From assembly GCA_026414605.1 (NCBI GenBank), contig JAOAIP010000019.1:5242-69241 (forward strand): DNA of 64,000 nt, written 5' to 3'. Source of the DNA: Bacteroidia bacterium (GTDB lineage Bacteria > Bacteroidota > Bacteroidia > B-17B0 > Aurantibacillaceae). A program made the position numbers and the translations under genes. The notes under the pieces were generated by a model, which saw nothing but the letters and a program-made list of their open reading frames with translations, was not told the origin of the DNA and ran no database searches. Shown piece by piece: positions 51,207 to 61,502 of the stretch (the first letter of the stretch is position 1; every line of letters starts with the position of its first letter).

Positions 51207-52291
51207 TGTGGTTGTGGTTGATTCCGATAATGATTTATGTGGGATATTGGTGGCTGATGGATAGATATTTTCATTCTAATGAAAGTTTAGGTGTATTTAG
51301 TGATAATGAATTTTTTAAATGTTCTATTGTAATTTGTGTATTTAATGAAGAAAGAAATATTGAGAAGTGTTTGAATAGTATTTTACTACAAAAAGAGATT
51401 CAAAATGTTGTTGAAATTATTGTCATAGATGATGGTTCGCAGGATTTTACTTATGAAAAAGCAAAATCAATACTTGAAAAAAGCAAATTACCTTTTCAAT
51501 TGATTAAAAACGATGTGAGATTAGGGAAAAAAAGAAGTATTGAAAAAGCCCTTCAATTGTCTTGTTCTGAAAGCGATTGGGTGATATTAAGAGATGCCGA
51601 TACATACACTCTTTCAGATGAATGGTGGATAGAATTACAAAAAAGTTTGAAAGAAACCACTGACCTTGTGATAGCCCCTGTTATTACAGAATATCATAAA
51701 GGTAATTGGATTTCTTATTTACAATACTTTGAAGGATTAGCCCTGATGCACTTGACGTATGCGAGTGCAAAGATGCATAAGCCGATATTAGGGAGTGCGG
51801 CTAATTTAGTATTTAAGAAAAAAAGATTTTTAGAACTTCAGCCCTATAAGGACAATATCCACCTTAATACAGGAGATGATATTTTTTTAATTCAAAAAGT
51901 AAAAAAAGCAAAGGGTAAAATTACAGCCCATTTTCATCCGAATGCTGTGGTGTATACTTACGCCCCCTGTAGTGTAAAAGCATTGATACAACAAAAATCA
52001 AGGTGGTTATCAAAAACACAATATGTGAAGGATTCATTTAATTCCTTATCTGCACTAATCATAGGAGGCACTAATATTTTCTTTATTCCTATGTTTTTGT
52101 GTTCTTTTAAGATGGCTTTGATAAGTTTGATTTTGAAGACATTGATAGATTTTAAAATACTGATTTCTGTTCAAAAAAAATTAAATTTAAAGCCATTTTC
52201 GTATGTTTATTTTTTCATTGGAGAATTGGTGTATATTCTTTATGTTTGTGCTTTAATTTTTAAATTTTTATTTTCAATACAAAGAAAATGA
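51191..52291 (+). CDS. GT2 glycosyltransferase with C-terminal TM helices
   Basis: SIVICVFNEE, DDGSQD, DAD, GDD, QKSRW. Confidence 0.9.
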   Translation: MERKMMWLWLIPIMIYVGYWWLMDRYFHSNESLGVFSDNEFFKCSIVICVFNEERNIEKCLNSILLQKEIQNVVEIIVIDDGSQDFTYEKAKSILEKSKLPFQLIKNDVRLGKKRSIEKALQLSCSESDWVILRDADTYTLSDEWWIELQKSLKETTDLVIAPVITEYHKGNWISYLQYFEGLALMHLTYASAKMHKPILGSAANLVFKKKRFLELQPYKDNIHLNTGDDIFLIQKVKKAKGKITAHFHPNAVVYTYAPCSVKALIQQKSRWLSKTQYVKDSFNSLSALIIGGTNIFFIPMFLCSFKMALISLILKTLIDFKILISVQKKLNLKPFSYVYFFIGELVYILYVCALIFKFLFSIQRK

Positions 52292-53613
52292 CAGAAGAAC
52301 TAACGCCAACAGAAAAATCTTCTATTCCAAAGAAACCTAAAAATAGGATGTTTTCGTTTTTTTCTAAAGAAAAAATATCTGAAAAACGCTTCTTGTTATT
52401 AAGCGATATTGAATGGAAAAGATTTAAGAGAAATCCTTTGTCTGTAATAGGATTGGCTATTATATTTTTTGCAACCATTATTTCCATTTTGGGATATACT
52501 ATAACTCCGGACTCTACGCCGTATGCCAATGACCAAAAACCTGAATTGCATACAAAGCCACCTGGATTTACAATACGAATGCTAAAAGTGAAAAAAAATG
52601 ACCATATACCACACACGAATTTTTTTGAAAAGATGTTGTTTGGTGAGCCATTAGACCACACAACTTATCCTATTTACTATTACTTTTTTCACGATCAATA
52701 TGTAACCATAGAGGGATATACAGGAAGTATTCCAAACAAAGGTGTAAAAGTTTCTTTTAATATAGCAGATGTCTTGTATTCTTTGGATACGAAAATGCCT
52801 ATAAAGTTTGATAAAGAGAATGGCTTATTGACTTTTTATACTATTGATGGTATTAAAGTTCAAGAGAGTATTTTATCATTAAGAAAAAAAGTTCAGCAAG
52901 AAGCCATTATCAAGAGAACCTATTGGTTGGGTACAGATGTAGCAGGAAGAGATATGTTGAGTCGGTTAATGATAGGCACTCGTATTTCTTTGAGTGTGGG
53001 CTTTGTATCTGTGATTATATCGGTGCTTATAGGGATATTGTTAGGATCGGTAGCGGGTTATTTTAGAGGTAGAACAGATGATATTATTATGTGGATAATC
53101 AATGTAGTGTGGTCTATTCCAACTTTGTTATTAGTGATTGCTATTACATTGGTTTTAGGAAAAGGTATAGTGCAGGTGTTTATTGCAGTAGGTCTTACAA
53201 TGTGGGTAGATGTGGCTCGTGTAGTTCGTGGGCAAGTGTTGTCCTTACGAGAAAAGGATTTTATAGAAGCATCTCGTGCTTTGGGTTTTACAAATTATCG
53301 CATTATCAGTAGACATATTTTGCCTAACATCATTGGACCTGTGATTGTCATTGCCGCATCTAATTTTGCAACAGCCATTCTTACAGAAGCAGGGTTGAGT
53401 TTTTTGGGAATAGGAGCACAGCCACCTACACCATCTTGGGGAGAAATGATTAATACACACAGAGGATATATTTTGGTAGATAAAGCATATTTGGCGTTTA
53501 TTCCGGGTATTGCTATTATGATATTGGTGTTTGCTTTTATGTTGGTAGGAAATGGATTAAGAGACGCTCTTGATGCACGTCTTGGAGATGAAGCCCCACC
53601 TATTATGCAATAA
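52288..53613 (+). CDS. Peptide ABC transporter permease (DppC/OppC-like) with a large extracytoplasmic insert
   Basis: LGTD..GRD, EAA loop EASRALG, RHILPN, LSFLGIG...PSWG. Confidence 0.9.
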   Translation: MTEELTPTEKSSIPKKPKNRMFSFFSKEKISEKRFLLLSDIEWKRFKRNPLSVIGLAIIFFATIISILGYTITPDSTPYANDQKPELHTKPPGFTIRMLKVKKNDHIPHTNFFEKMLFGEPLDHTTYPIYYYFFHDQYVTIEGYTGSIPNKGVKVSFNIADVLYSLDTKMPIKFDKENGLLTFYTIDGIKVQESILSLRKKVQQEAIIKRTYWLGTDVAGRDMLSRLMIGTRISLSVGFVSVIISVLIGILLGSVAGYFRGRTDDIIMWIINVVWSIPTLLLVIAITLVLGKGIVQVFIAVGLTMWVDVARVVRGQVLSLREKDFIEASRALGFTNYRIISRHILPNIIGPVIVIAASNFATAILTEAGLSFLGIGAQPPTPSWGEMINTHRGYILVDKAYLAFIPGIAIMILVFAFMLVGNGLRDALDARLGDEAPPIMQ

Positions 53614-53624
53614 TTTCAAAACAA

Positions 53625-54302
53625 ATGAAAAGTGAATTTACCATAACAGAAGAAAATTACATTAAAGCCATTTATGTATTATCATACGAGATTAAGTCCA
53701 ATAATAAATTGGGCACAAAAGATATTGCTACAGTTTTGAAAGTTCAACCGGCTACGGTTACCGATATGCTTAAAAAACTTAAGAAGAAAAAAATTATTAA
53801 CTACAAAAAATATGGTGAAATACAATTGACAAATACAGGGATATTGTATGCCAAACAATTATTAAGAAAACATCGTTTGTGGGAAACCTTTTTGTATGAA
53901 AAATTACATTTTAATTGGGATGAAATTCATGAAATAGCAGAACAATTAGAACATATCCAATCCGATGCACTTATTGACCGATTAGAAAAATTTTTGCAAT
54001 ACCCACAATACGACCCCCACGGAGAGCCCATTCCAGATGCTTCGGGTAAAATACCTACACTTCCAAACACTGTGCTTTCTCAAATTAAAAATAAAAAATG
54101 GTATTCAGTAATTGCTGTTAAAGACACATCACCAGAATTTTTAAAGTACTTACAGCAAATATCTATTCAAATAGGAACAAAACTAAAATTAATTGAAAAA
54201 ATACCTTTTGAAAATTCTATTAAAATTGCTTTTTCTAATAATAAACAAATAATTGTTTCAGGAAAAATTGCTGACAACATATTGGTTACTGAAATGAAAT
54301 AA
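53625..54302 (+). CDS. DtxR/MntR-family metal-dependent regulator with a FeoA-like domain
   Basis: EENYIKAI, RKHRLWE, AEQLEH, DPHGEPIP. Confidence 0.93.
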   Translation: MKSEFTITEENYIKAIYVLSYEIKSNNKLGTKDIATVLKVQPATVTDMLKKLKKKKIINYKKYGEIQLTNTGILYAKQLLRKHRLWETFLYEKLHFNWDEIHEIAEQLEHIQSDALIDRLEKFLQYPQYDPHGEPIPDASGKIPTLPNTVLSQIKNKKWYSVIAVKDTSPEFLKYLQQISIQIGTKLKLIEKIPFENSIKIAFSNNKQIIVSGKIADNILVTEMK

Positions 54303-54343
54303 TTACCGATGAATTATTATCTAATCAAATTAAAACACGAGTT

Positions 54344-55777
54344 ATGACAAATAATGAAGATGATTTTTTTGAATTTGAAGAAGAGGAAGACAAAGAATTC
54401 AACGAACTTTTGTCTCGCTTTGAAAATTGTGTTAATTCGGGAGAATATCAATTTTTTGATTCGGATGAAATTTTAGAATTAGTGGATTATTATTCAGGAT
54501 GGATGGATAGAGAAATGGCACAAAAAGCCATTGAATTAGGTTTAAAATTTTATCCTCATTCACCCGAACTTTTACTTAAAAAAGCAAAACTGTTAGCAGA
54601 TCAAAATTATACTTTAGAAGCATTAAAATTATTACACAGTATAGAATCACAAATGGTCAATGATCCCGATTTTTATATTACCAAAGGGGACATTTATTCT
54701 CAAATGGGATTGTCTGATCAAGCTATAAAAGAGTATAAAAAATTATTAGCATTAGATTATCCCAATAAATCTCTGGTGTATAATATCATTGGATCAGAAT
54801 ATCTAATGCAAAACAAATACGAAGATGCTATTTATTACTTAAAAAAATCAGTGGAATACGAAATAGAAAACAATCCTGCACTTTACAAAATTTATTTTTG
54901 TTATTCCGAATTGAATCAATTAGAGGAAGCCATAAAGTATTATCAAAAAATTATTGATGAAGATCCTTTTAACGCAGACGCTTGGTTGTATATGTCTTTT
55001 TGTTATTACGACTTAAAACAATACGAAGAAGCCCTTGAAAGTATTAATTTTGCCTTTGCAATAAATCCTTCGGACTTGCTTATTGTCCTCAAAAAATCAG
55101 ATATTTTGAAAGAATTAAATAGATATTCAGAAGCCATAGAGTTATTGACAGATACTGTAAAAAAAGATCCTCAAAATACTTATATGCTCAATGTTCTTGC
55201 GGAAACACTCTTAGAAACATCTGATTATGAAAAAGCCGCCTATTATTTTCATAAAGTATTACACATTCATCCTAAAGATAGCAGATCGTGGTTAGGATTA
55301 GCAAAGGCCTATATTCATTTATCTCAAGATAGCGAAGCCATTGCTTGCATTCAACAAGCCGTTACAAACTCTGAAAATGACCCCGAAGTAGAATTAAAAG
55401 CAGGCAAACTTTATGTTTTGATGGAATATTATGAAAACGCTCAACAGGTGCTAAAAAATTTATTAAATAAAGGATATGACAAAACAGAAGTAATAGTATG
55501 GTTATGTATAGCCCTTGAAAAATCAGGATATGCCGTAGAAGCATTTGACTTGGTAATAGAACAGTTAGAAGTAAAGCAAAACAAAGATGTAGAATTAGAA
55601 TATTGTGTAGCAGGATTGTTATTACTTTATCAATACCGCCAACAAGGATTACAAATGTTAGAAAAAGCCCTTCAAAAAGACGCTTCAAAACACCAAATAA
55701 TTTACGAATTTAGCCCTTTTTTTGAAGAAGATTTAGAAATTCAAGCACTCATTGAACACTACGATAATGAAAAATAA
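54344..55777 (+). CDS. Tetratricopeptide repeat protein
   Basis: Acidic N-terminus, FFD..E....YY, many TPRs. Confidence 0.85.
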   Translation: MTNNEDDFFEFEEEEDKEFNELLSRFENCVNSGEYQFFDSDEILELVDYYSGWMDREMAQKAIELGLKFYPHSPELLLKKAKLLADQNYTLEALKLLHSIESQMVNDPDFYITKGDIYSQMGLSDQAIKEYKKLLALDYPNKSLVYNIIGSEYLMQNKYEDAIYYLKKSVEYEIENNPALYKIYFCYSELNQLEEAIKYYQKIIDEDPFNADAWLYMSFCYYDLKQYEEALESINFAFAINPSDLLIVLKKSDILKELNRYSEAIELLTDTVKKDPQNTYMLNVLAETLLETSDYEKAAYYFHKVLHIHPKDSRSWLGLAKAYIHLSQDSEAIACIQQAVTNSENDPEVELKAGKLYVLMEYYENAQQVLKNLLNKGYDKTEVIVWLCIALEKSGYAVEAFDLVIEQLEVKQNKDVELEYCVAGLLLLYQYRQQGLQMLEKALQKDASKHQIIYEFSPFFEEDLEIQALIEHYDNEK

Positions 55778-55797
55778 GCAACATAAATATAAAAAAT

Positions 55798-56616
55798 ATG
55801 ATTACTAAAAACGAAATAAAAACTTATAAAACAATTTTGAAAAACCTTCCTGAAAGACCCGCCAAACCAAGAGATATTGGGCTTACAATGGTAATTGATA
55901 AAGGATTAGGAATCAATGCCGCCCAAGATATTGTAGACACGGCTGCAGAACACATTGACTTTATCAAAATCGGCTTTGGAACATCTTTAGTAACAGGGCA
56001 TTTGAAAGAAAAAATAAAAATTTATCAAGAAGCAGGCATTGAAGTTTATTTGGGAGGAACTTTATTAGAAGCATTTCTTGTACGAAATCAATTAGATGAT
56101 TATTTAAGATTAGTAGATGATTTGAATTTGCATTGTATAGAAGTATCAGATGGAAGTATTGTAATGCCACACGAAGACAAGTGCGAATTGATTCAATATC
56201 TTGCTAAAAACTTTAAAGTGGTATCCGAAGTAGGTTCAAAAGAAGAAGGCATTATTATTCATCCTAATAGATGGATTAAGATGATGAAAGCCGAACTACA
56301 AGCAGGTTCGTACAAAGTAATTGCCGAAGCCCGTGAAAGTGGTACAGTAGGTATTTTTCATAAAAACGGATCTGCACATGTTTTGCTTATTGATAAAATC
56401 AAAGCAAATGTAGATATCAACAACATTATATGGGAAACACCACAAAAAAATCAACAAGTGTATTTTATTAAACACTTTGGTGCCAATGTCAATCTTGGGA
56501 ATATCCCCACCTCTGATATTATTGCATTAGAATGTTTAAGATTAGGTTTAAGAGGCGATACTTTTTTTACTTTTATCCCTGATAAAAACAAAGAAGTAAG
56601 ATTTAAAAAAAATTAA
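55798..56616 (+). CDS. comA: Phosphosulfolactate synthase (ComA family)
   Basis: KPR..GLTMVIDKG, KIGFGT, GGTLLE, EVSDG, SEVGSK, EARESG, VNLGN, LRGDT. Confidence 0.92.
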   Translation: MITKNEIKTYKTILKNLPERPAKPRDIGLTMVIDKGLGINAAQDIVDTAAEHIDFIKIGFGTSLVTGHLKEKIKIYQEAGIEVYLGGTLLEAFLVRNQLDDYLRLVDDLNLHCIEVSDGSIVMPHEDKCELIQYLAKNFKVVSEVGSKEEGIIIHPNRWIKMMKAELQAGSYKVIAEARESGTVGIFHKNGSAHVLLIDKIKANVDINNIIWETPQKNQQVYFIKHFGANVNLGNIPTSDIIALECLRLGLRGDTFFTFIPDKNKEVRFKKN

Positions 56617-56671
56617 ATAATTCACCTATTTAATTATCTCTATTTATCTTTGCAAAAAATAAAAACTACCT

Positions 56672-59050
56672 ATGGCAAAAACGAACCCAAAGACAACTCA
56701 AACCAAAAAAGCATCAGCATCTGTTCAAGCACAAGAAATTAAATTACCACCACTTACTAATACATTCAGATATTTTCCTTTTACAAATCATACACAACCG
56801 ATTATTGTTTTGATATTGGTGGGTTTTATTTTTTACATTACTTCTTTGTATAACGAACACGCATTGGACGATGGAATTATTATTCATCAAAACGAATATG
56901 TTATCAAAGGTATAAAAGGGATTAAAGATATAATGACCAAAGATGCTTACGATAGTTTTTATAGAAGAATGAACGCTACCGACCAATTAGCAGGAGGACG
57001 TTACAGACCTTTATCCGTGGTAAGTTTTGCAATTGAACAAGAAATTATCGGTAAATACGATAATGGACAGTTTCCGCCAAACTGTTGGGATTATAATAAA
57101 AATGGTAAAAACGACCCCGAAGAAGATATTAATAACGATGGCGTGTTTAATGAAATTGATTGTCAAACCAAAGGGGCACATTTTCGGCATTTTAATAATA
57201 TATGGACATTTGTTTTGGGCGTTGTGTTACTTTATTTAGTGATGCGAAACTATTGGTTTAGAGAATGGCACGATTTAGCGTTTTTATCTGCATTATTATT
57301 TACAATGCATCCGATACATACAGAGGTCGTTGCAAATGTCAAAAGCCGTGATGAGATATTTTCTTTAATCTTTGTATCACTGACTTTTCTTTTTGCACAC
57401 AAATATCTTTTTAGCCGAACAATCAAAGATGCTTTTTTGACAGCACTTATGTTTTTCCTTGCATTATTATCAAAAGAATACGCAGTCGTGTTATTAGGAT
57501 TAATTCCTATTGCATTTTATGTTTTTCATAAAATAGATATAAAATTAGAAACCTTTATCAAACCTGCCATTGTCTTTGTTTTCTTTGCAGGAATGATGAT
57601 TGCATTAAAGTGGTATCAAAAATCATTTGGAACTTTGCCTTTCATTTATATTGGCGTTGTTTTACTCCTTTTTTCAAAAGATTTAAAATTAAAAAATCTC
57701 AATACTTTAATGATATGGCTATATGGGGCGTTTTTGTTTTATTTAGGAATGCGTTTGAATGCTGTAGTATTAAAGCCAGGTGTGCCTGATACTGAAATTT
57801 TGAACAATCCATATTTATTAGCATCAGGCGAACAAAAATTCTTTACAAAAGCATACGTACTTTTAATTTACATTATGAAATTAATTTGGCCACATCCCCT
57901 TTCTTCTGATTATTCATACAATACCATTGAATATCGTAATTTATTTAGTTGGGATGCTTGGTTGTCAATTATCTTGCACATTACATTAGCGTATTTAGGA
58001 TTTAAATTGGTTTTAAAGAGACATATTTTAGGATTTGCAATTGCCATATACTTTGCGTTTTTATTGATGATTGGTAATATCATTATGGACATAGGGGCTA
58101 CTATGGGCGAGCGTTTGATTTTCCATTCTTCTATAGGTTTTTCAATAGCGTGTGCTTATTTTGTATTAAAAGGACTGGATAAACTAAATTGGAGTTTAAG
58201 TGCAAAACGTATAGCACTATTTGTATTTCTATTGCCTGTTACATTGTTGTATGGGGCAAAAACTTGGGAAAGAAACTGGGCTTGGAAAAACGATATAACG
58301 CTCTTTATTGGTGATGTGGAACACAAACCGCACAGTGTGTTGGTATTAGGAAATGCGGGGGCTCGTTGGATAGACCTTGCAGATACAAAGTATTTTGTAA
58401 AAAATCCTTATGGACTTTACTTAGATGAAGGATTGCCATTTAGCACCTTCAAAGAAGAAATGCTAAAATTCAAAGTAAAAGAATCTGAACTCAAAGACGG
58501 CTGTAATAAAGATGCTATTATTTTGCCAGATACAGGAACGCCACAAAAACTCACCACTCGTGAAAAATGTTTATACAAAGGTATAGGATACTTAAAACAC
58601 GCTACCGAATTACATCCTCGTTATGTGAATGGATATTTGAATTTAGGACTTGCTTATTACAAACTCAGACGAGATAGAGAAGCATTGTTTTTCTGGAAGC
58701 ACGCAGAAAAATTGTATCCCAACAATCCTTATTTGAGAAATTATTACATTGTATTTTACAATGATTTATTAAATAGAGGATATCAAAAATCAATGCGAGG
58801 AAGACACGACAGTGCTGTTATTGAATTAAACAAATGCATTATTTTGGACAAATATAATCCTGAAGGTTGGTATAGTTTAGGAGCAGCATATTTTAATATC
58901 CGCAATTATAGAAGAGCATATAAATGCTGGAAGAGATGTTTAGAACTCAAACCCGATCATCAAATGGCCAATCAAGCCATTAAAAACATTACGCCTCAAA
59001 TGTTAGGAGTAGTTCCAACACCAACACAAGTTCCTAACAATAAAAAATAA
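56672..59050 (+). CDS. TMTC-like GT-C protein O-mannosyltransferase homolog with C-terminal TPRs
   Basis: LDD, YRPLS, HPIHTEVVA...R.E, SKE, LSSDY, GER, N..W; TPRs. Confidence 0.82.
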   Translation: MAKTNPKTTQTKKASASVQAQEIKLPPLTNTFRYFPFTNHTQPIIVLILVGFIFYITSLYNEHALDDGIIIHQNEYVIKGIKGIKDIMTKDAYDSFYRRMNATDQLAGGRYRPLSVVSFAIEQEIIGKYDNGQFPPNCWDYNKNGKNDPEEDINNDGVFNEIDCQTKGAHFRHFNNIWTFVLGVVLLYLVMRNYWFREWHDLAFLSALLFTMHPIHTEVVANVKSRDEIFSLIFVSLTFLFAHKYLFSRTIKDAFLTALMFFLALLSKEYAVVLLGLIPIAFYVFHKIDIKLETFIKPAIVFVFFAGMMIALKWYQKSFGTLPFIYIGVVLLLFSKDLKLKNLNTLMIWLYGAFLFYLGMRLNAVVLKPGVPDTEILNNPYLLASGEQKFFTKAYVLLIYIMKLIWPHPLSSDYSYNTIEYRNLFSWDAWLSIILHITLAYLGFKLVLKRHILGFAIAIYFAFLLMIGNIIMDIGATMGERLIFHSSIGFSIACAYFVLKGLDKLNWSLSAKRIALFVFLLPVTLLYGAKTWERNWAWKNDITLFIGDVEHKPHSVLVLGNAGARWIDLADTKYFVKNPYGLYLDEGLPFSTFKEEMLKFKVKESELKDGCNKDAIILPDTGTPQKLTTREKCLYKGIGYLKHATELHPRYVNGYLNLGLAYYKLRRDREALFFWKHAEKLYPNNPYLRNYYIVFYNDLLNRGYQKSMRGRHDSAVIELNKCIILDKYNPEGWYSLGAAYFNIRNYRRAYKCWKRCLELKPDHQMANQAIKNITPQMLGVVPTPTQVPNNKK

Positions 59051-59127
59051 AAAGACAATCGTGTTTTTTCAAATTGGCACATTGATTTGACTTTATTAAA
59101 AAATAATTTTTTCAAGTGCTTAACCCA

Positions 59128-59298
59128 AACCACAAAGGATACAAGGATAATAGGTAGTTAAAAGTAGAAAGTAGAAAGTGGAAAGTATAAAGTAAAAAAA
59201 AGGTTGCCACTATAAATTTAAATCATTAAATTACAGAAATACTACTTCTACTTTCAAACTCTTTACTTTCAACTTTTAACTAATTGTGTTCTTTGTGG
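59128..59298. repeat. Inverted heptamer array element, copy 3, nested in CACAAAG-type arms
   Basis: AACCACAAAGGATACAAGG..TAGT-TAAAAGT-AGAAAGT-AGAAAGT-GGAAAGT-ATAAAGT ... ACTTTCA-ACTTTTA-ACTAA-TTGTGTTCTTTGTGG. Confidence 0.78.
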
Positions 59299-59332
59299 AA
59301 AAATATAAAATCAGTAGTAAAACGTTTACACA

Positions 59333-60148
59333 ATGAAGTACAGATTTCTTTTAATATATTGTTATTTTGTAATGTTTTTGTTTATTACCAAAATAATTGT
59401 TTCCCAAGAAATGCCCACTACTCGCAAAAGCACCGCAGACAAAGAATTAGGATCAAACAACAAAATACTCATTATTCCATTTGAGAATAAAATGTATATG
59501 AGTGAAATTGATTATTACATTAATAGAGAAACAAAATTAAATATGAAGCAAATTCGTTATGAGTTTAGAGATGGATTAAATGAACAGTTATATTATGCAT
59601 TCAAAAAAAGAAAGTTCAACCCTATTGACTTGATGAGCGATACGGTTAAGTACAATAAGGATTTAAAGTTTATTTATGGCAATATCACTTATGACTATGT
59701 CAAAATACCTGATCCTAACAACTATAAACCGCCCGTCAAAGAAAAAAAAGAAAAGGGCATTCAGCAAGGACAAATTGTGGCAGAAACAGAAACTGAAAAC
59801 AAATTTATGAACACAAGAGTTCTATCGCCCTCTTTGATTCCTTATTTATATCAAAAATACAAAGCCCAATATTATGTATTTATTAATGAATTGGACTTAA
59901 AAGCATCTGCAGTAAATCCAACTGATTATATACCTGAAACGGCAAAAAGAAAGGTAATTGTGCATTATACAGTTTATTCAGTAGATGCTAAAGAAATACA
60001 TTCAGGTATTGTAGAAAAAGAATTTGAAAAAACATTAAATACACCCAAAGCAATCATCAAAAATAATTTTTCATTTATAGCAGAAACAATAGCAGAGAGG
60101 GTAGTAAACCAAGTCAATAAAAATATTACTAACGAAAAAACTAAGTAG
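59333..60148 (+). CDS. Exported hypothetical protein
   Basis: Signal-like N-terminus; KILIIPF suggests an alpha/beta fold; no family recognised. Confidence 0.7.
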   Translation: MKYRFLLIYCYFVMFLFITKIIVSQEMPTTRKSTADKELGSNNKILIIPFENKMYMSEIDYYINRETKLNMKQIRYEFRDGLNEQLYYAFKKRKFNPIDLMSDTVKYNKDLKFIYGNITYDYVKIPDPNNYKPPVKEKKEKGIQQGQIVAETETENKFMNTRVLSPSLIPYLYQKYKAQYYVFINELDLKASAVNPTDYIPETAKRKVIVHYTVYSVDAKEIHSGIVEKEFEKTLNTPKAIIKNNFSFIAETIAERVVNQVNKNITNEKTK

Positions 60149-60155
60149 TAACAAA

Positions 60156-61496
60156 TTATACTTCCACTAAGCCCCAACGTTTGTTGTAGTAATTAACCTT
60201 TTTGATGCCTTTGTTGCGAACGGCTTCTTCAAATTCGTGTCTAAAATGTCGTATAGCACTGGCAACTGGCCAAGATGCCGCATCACCCAGCGGACAGATG
60301 GTTCGTCCATCAATTTTACTTTGAATATCCCACAATAAATCCACATCGGACATTGTCGCAGTACCATCAATGAATTTCTTTAATATCTTTTCCATCCAAC
60401 CAGTGCCTTCTCTACAAGGGGAGCATTGTCCACAACTTTCGTGGTGATAAAAACGAGTAAATGTATACAAATTTTCTACAACACTCGTGTCTTCATCCAT
60501 TACAATAAATCCGCCCGATCCAAGCATTGTTCCTGTTTGAAAGCCACCATCTGCTAAACTTTCATAAGACATTAAACGAGGTTCCCCTTTGGCAGTTTTT
60601 AAGATTAATTCAGCCGGTAAAATAGGAACAGAAGAACCGCCCGCTACCACTGCTTTGAGTTTTTTTCCATTGCGGATGCCACCGCAGTATTCATCCGAAT
60701 AGATAAATTCTTCTACAGGAAGACCTAACTCAATTTCATAAACTCCCGGCTTATTAATATGTCCTGATGCTGATATCAACTTAGTACCTGTAGATTTTCC
60801 GATGCCTATTTTTGCATATTCTTCTCCACCTATGTTTATGATGGGTACTACTGCAGAAATTGTTTCTACATTATTCACTACAGTAGGACATCCCCACAAC
60901 CCAGCCACTGCAGGAAATGGTGGCTTTATCCTTGGATTTCCTCTTTTCCCCTCTAAGGATTCTATGAGAGCGGTTTCTTCACCACAAATGTAAGCACCCG
61001 CACCCACTTGTACATATAAATCTAATGAGTAGTCAGTGCCTAAAATGTTTTTGCCCAGCCATCCGTGTTGATATGCTTCTGCTATGGCTTTTTCTAATAT
61101 CCTTGATACATAAAAGTATTCACCACGAATATAAATGTAAGAAGTGTTTGCCCCAAGTGCATAAGAAGAAATAATCATCCCTTCAATGAGCAAATGAGGG
61201 ATATGCTCCATCAAATATCTATCTTTGAATGTACCTGGTTCTGATTCATCGGCATTGCATAATAAATAGCGAGGAACACCTGGTGGTTTAGCCAAAAAAC
61301 TCCATTTCATTCCTGTAGGGAAACCCGCTCCTCCTCTTCCACGTAATCCTGATTTTTTAACTTCTTCTACAATTTGGTCGGGAGAGTAATTTTTCAATGC
61401 TTTCTCTACGGCTGTATAGCCACCATTTTGACGATATACTTCATACGATTGTATACCAGGAATGTGTATTTTATCCAATAATAATTTTCTACCCAT
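60156..61496 (-). CDS. nuoF: NADH-quinone oxidoreductase subunit F
   Basis: GLRGRGGAGFPTG, NADESEPG, GAYICGEETAL, ESCGQC.PCREG. Confidence 0.97.
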   Translation of the reverse strand: MGRKLLLDKIHIPGIQSYEVYRQNGGYTAVEKALKNYSPDQIVEEVKKSGLRGRGGAGFPTGMKWSFLAKPPGVPRYLLCNADESEPGTFKDRYLMEHIPHLLIEGMIISSYALGANTSYIYIRGEYFYVSRILEKAIAEAYQHGWLGKNILGTDYSLDLYVQVGAGAYICGEETALIESLEGKRGNPRIKPPFPAVAGLWGCPTVVNNVETISAVVPIINIGGEEYAKIGIGKSTGTKLISASGHINKPGVYEIELGLPVEEFIYSDEYCGGIRNGKKLKAVVAGGSSVPILPAELILKTAKGEPRLMSYESLADGGFQTGTMLGSGGFIVMDEDTSVVENLYTFTRFYHHESCGQCSPCREGTGWMEKILKKFIDGTATMSDVDLLWDIQSKIDGRTICPLGDAASWPVASAIRHFRHEFEEAVRNKGIKKVNYYNKRWGLVEV

Positions 61497-61502
61497 AATT
61501 TT

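Noticed and set aside
46564..56616. A sporulation link between the SplB-like gene and comA (both have spore associations in Bacillus)
   Set aside because: They are 8 kb apart with unrelated genes between them, and no sporulation genes are present; likely coincidence.
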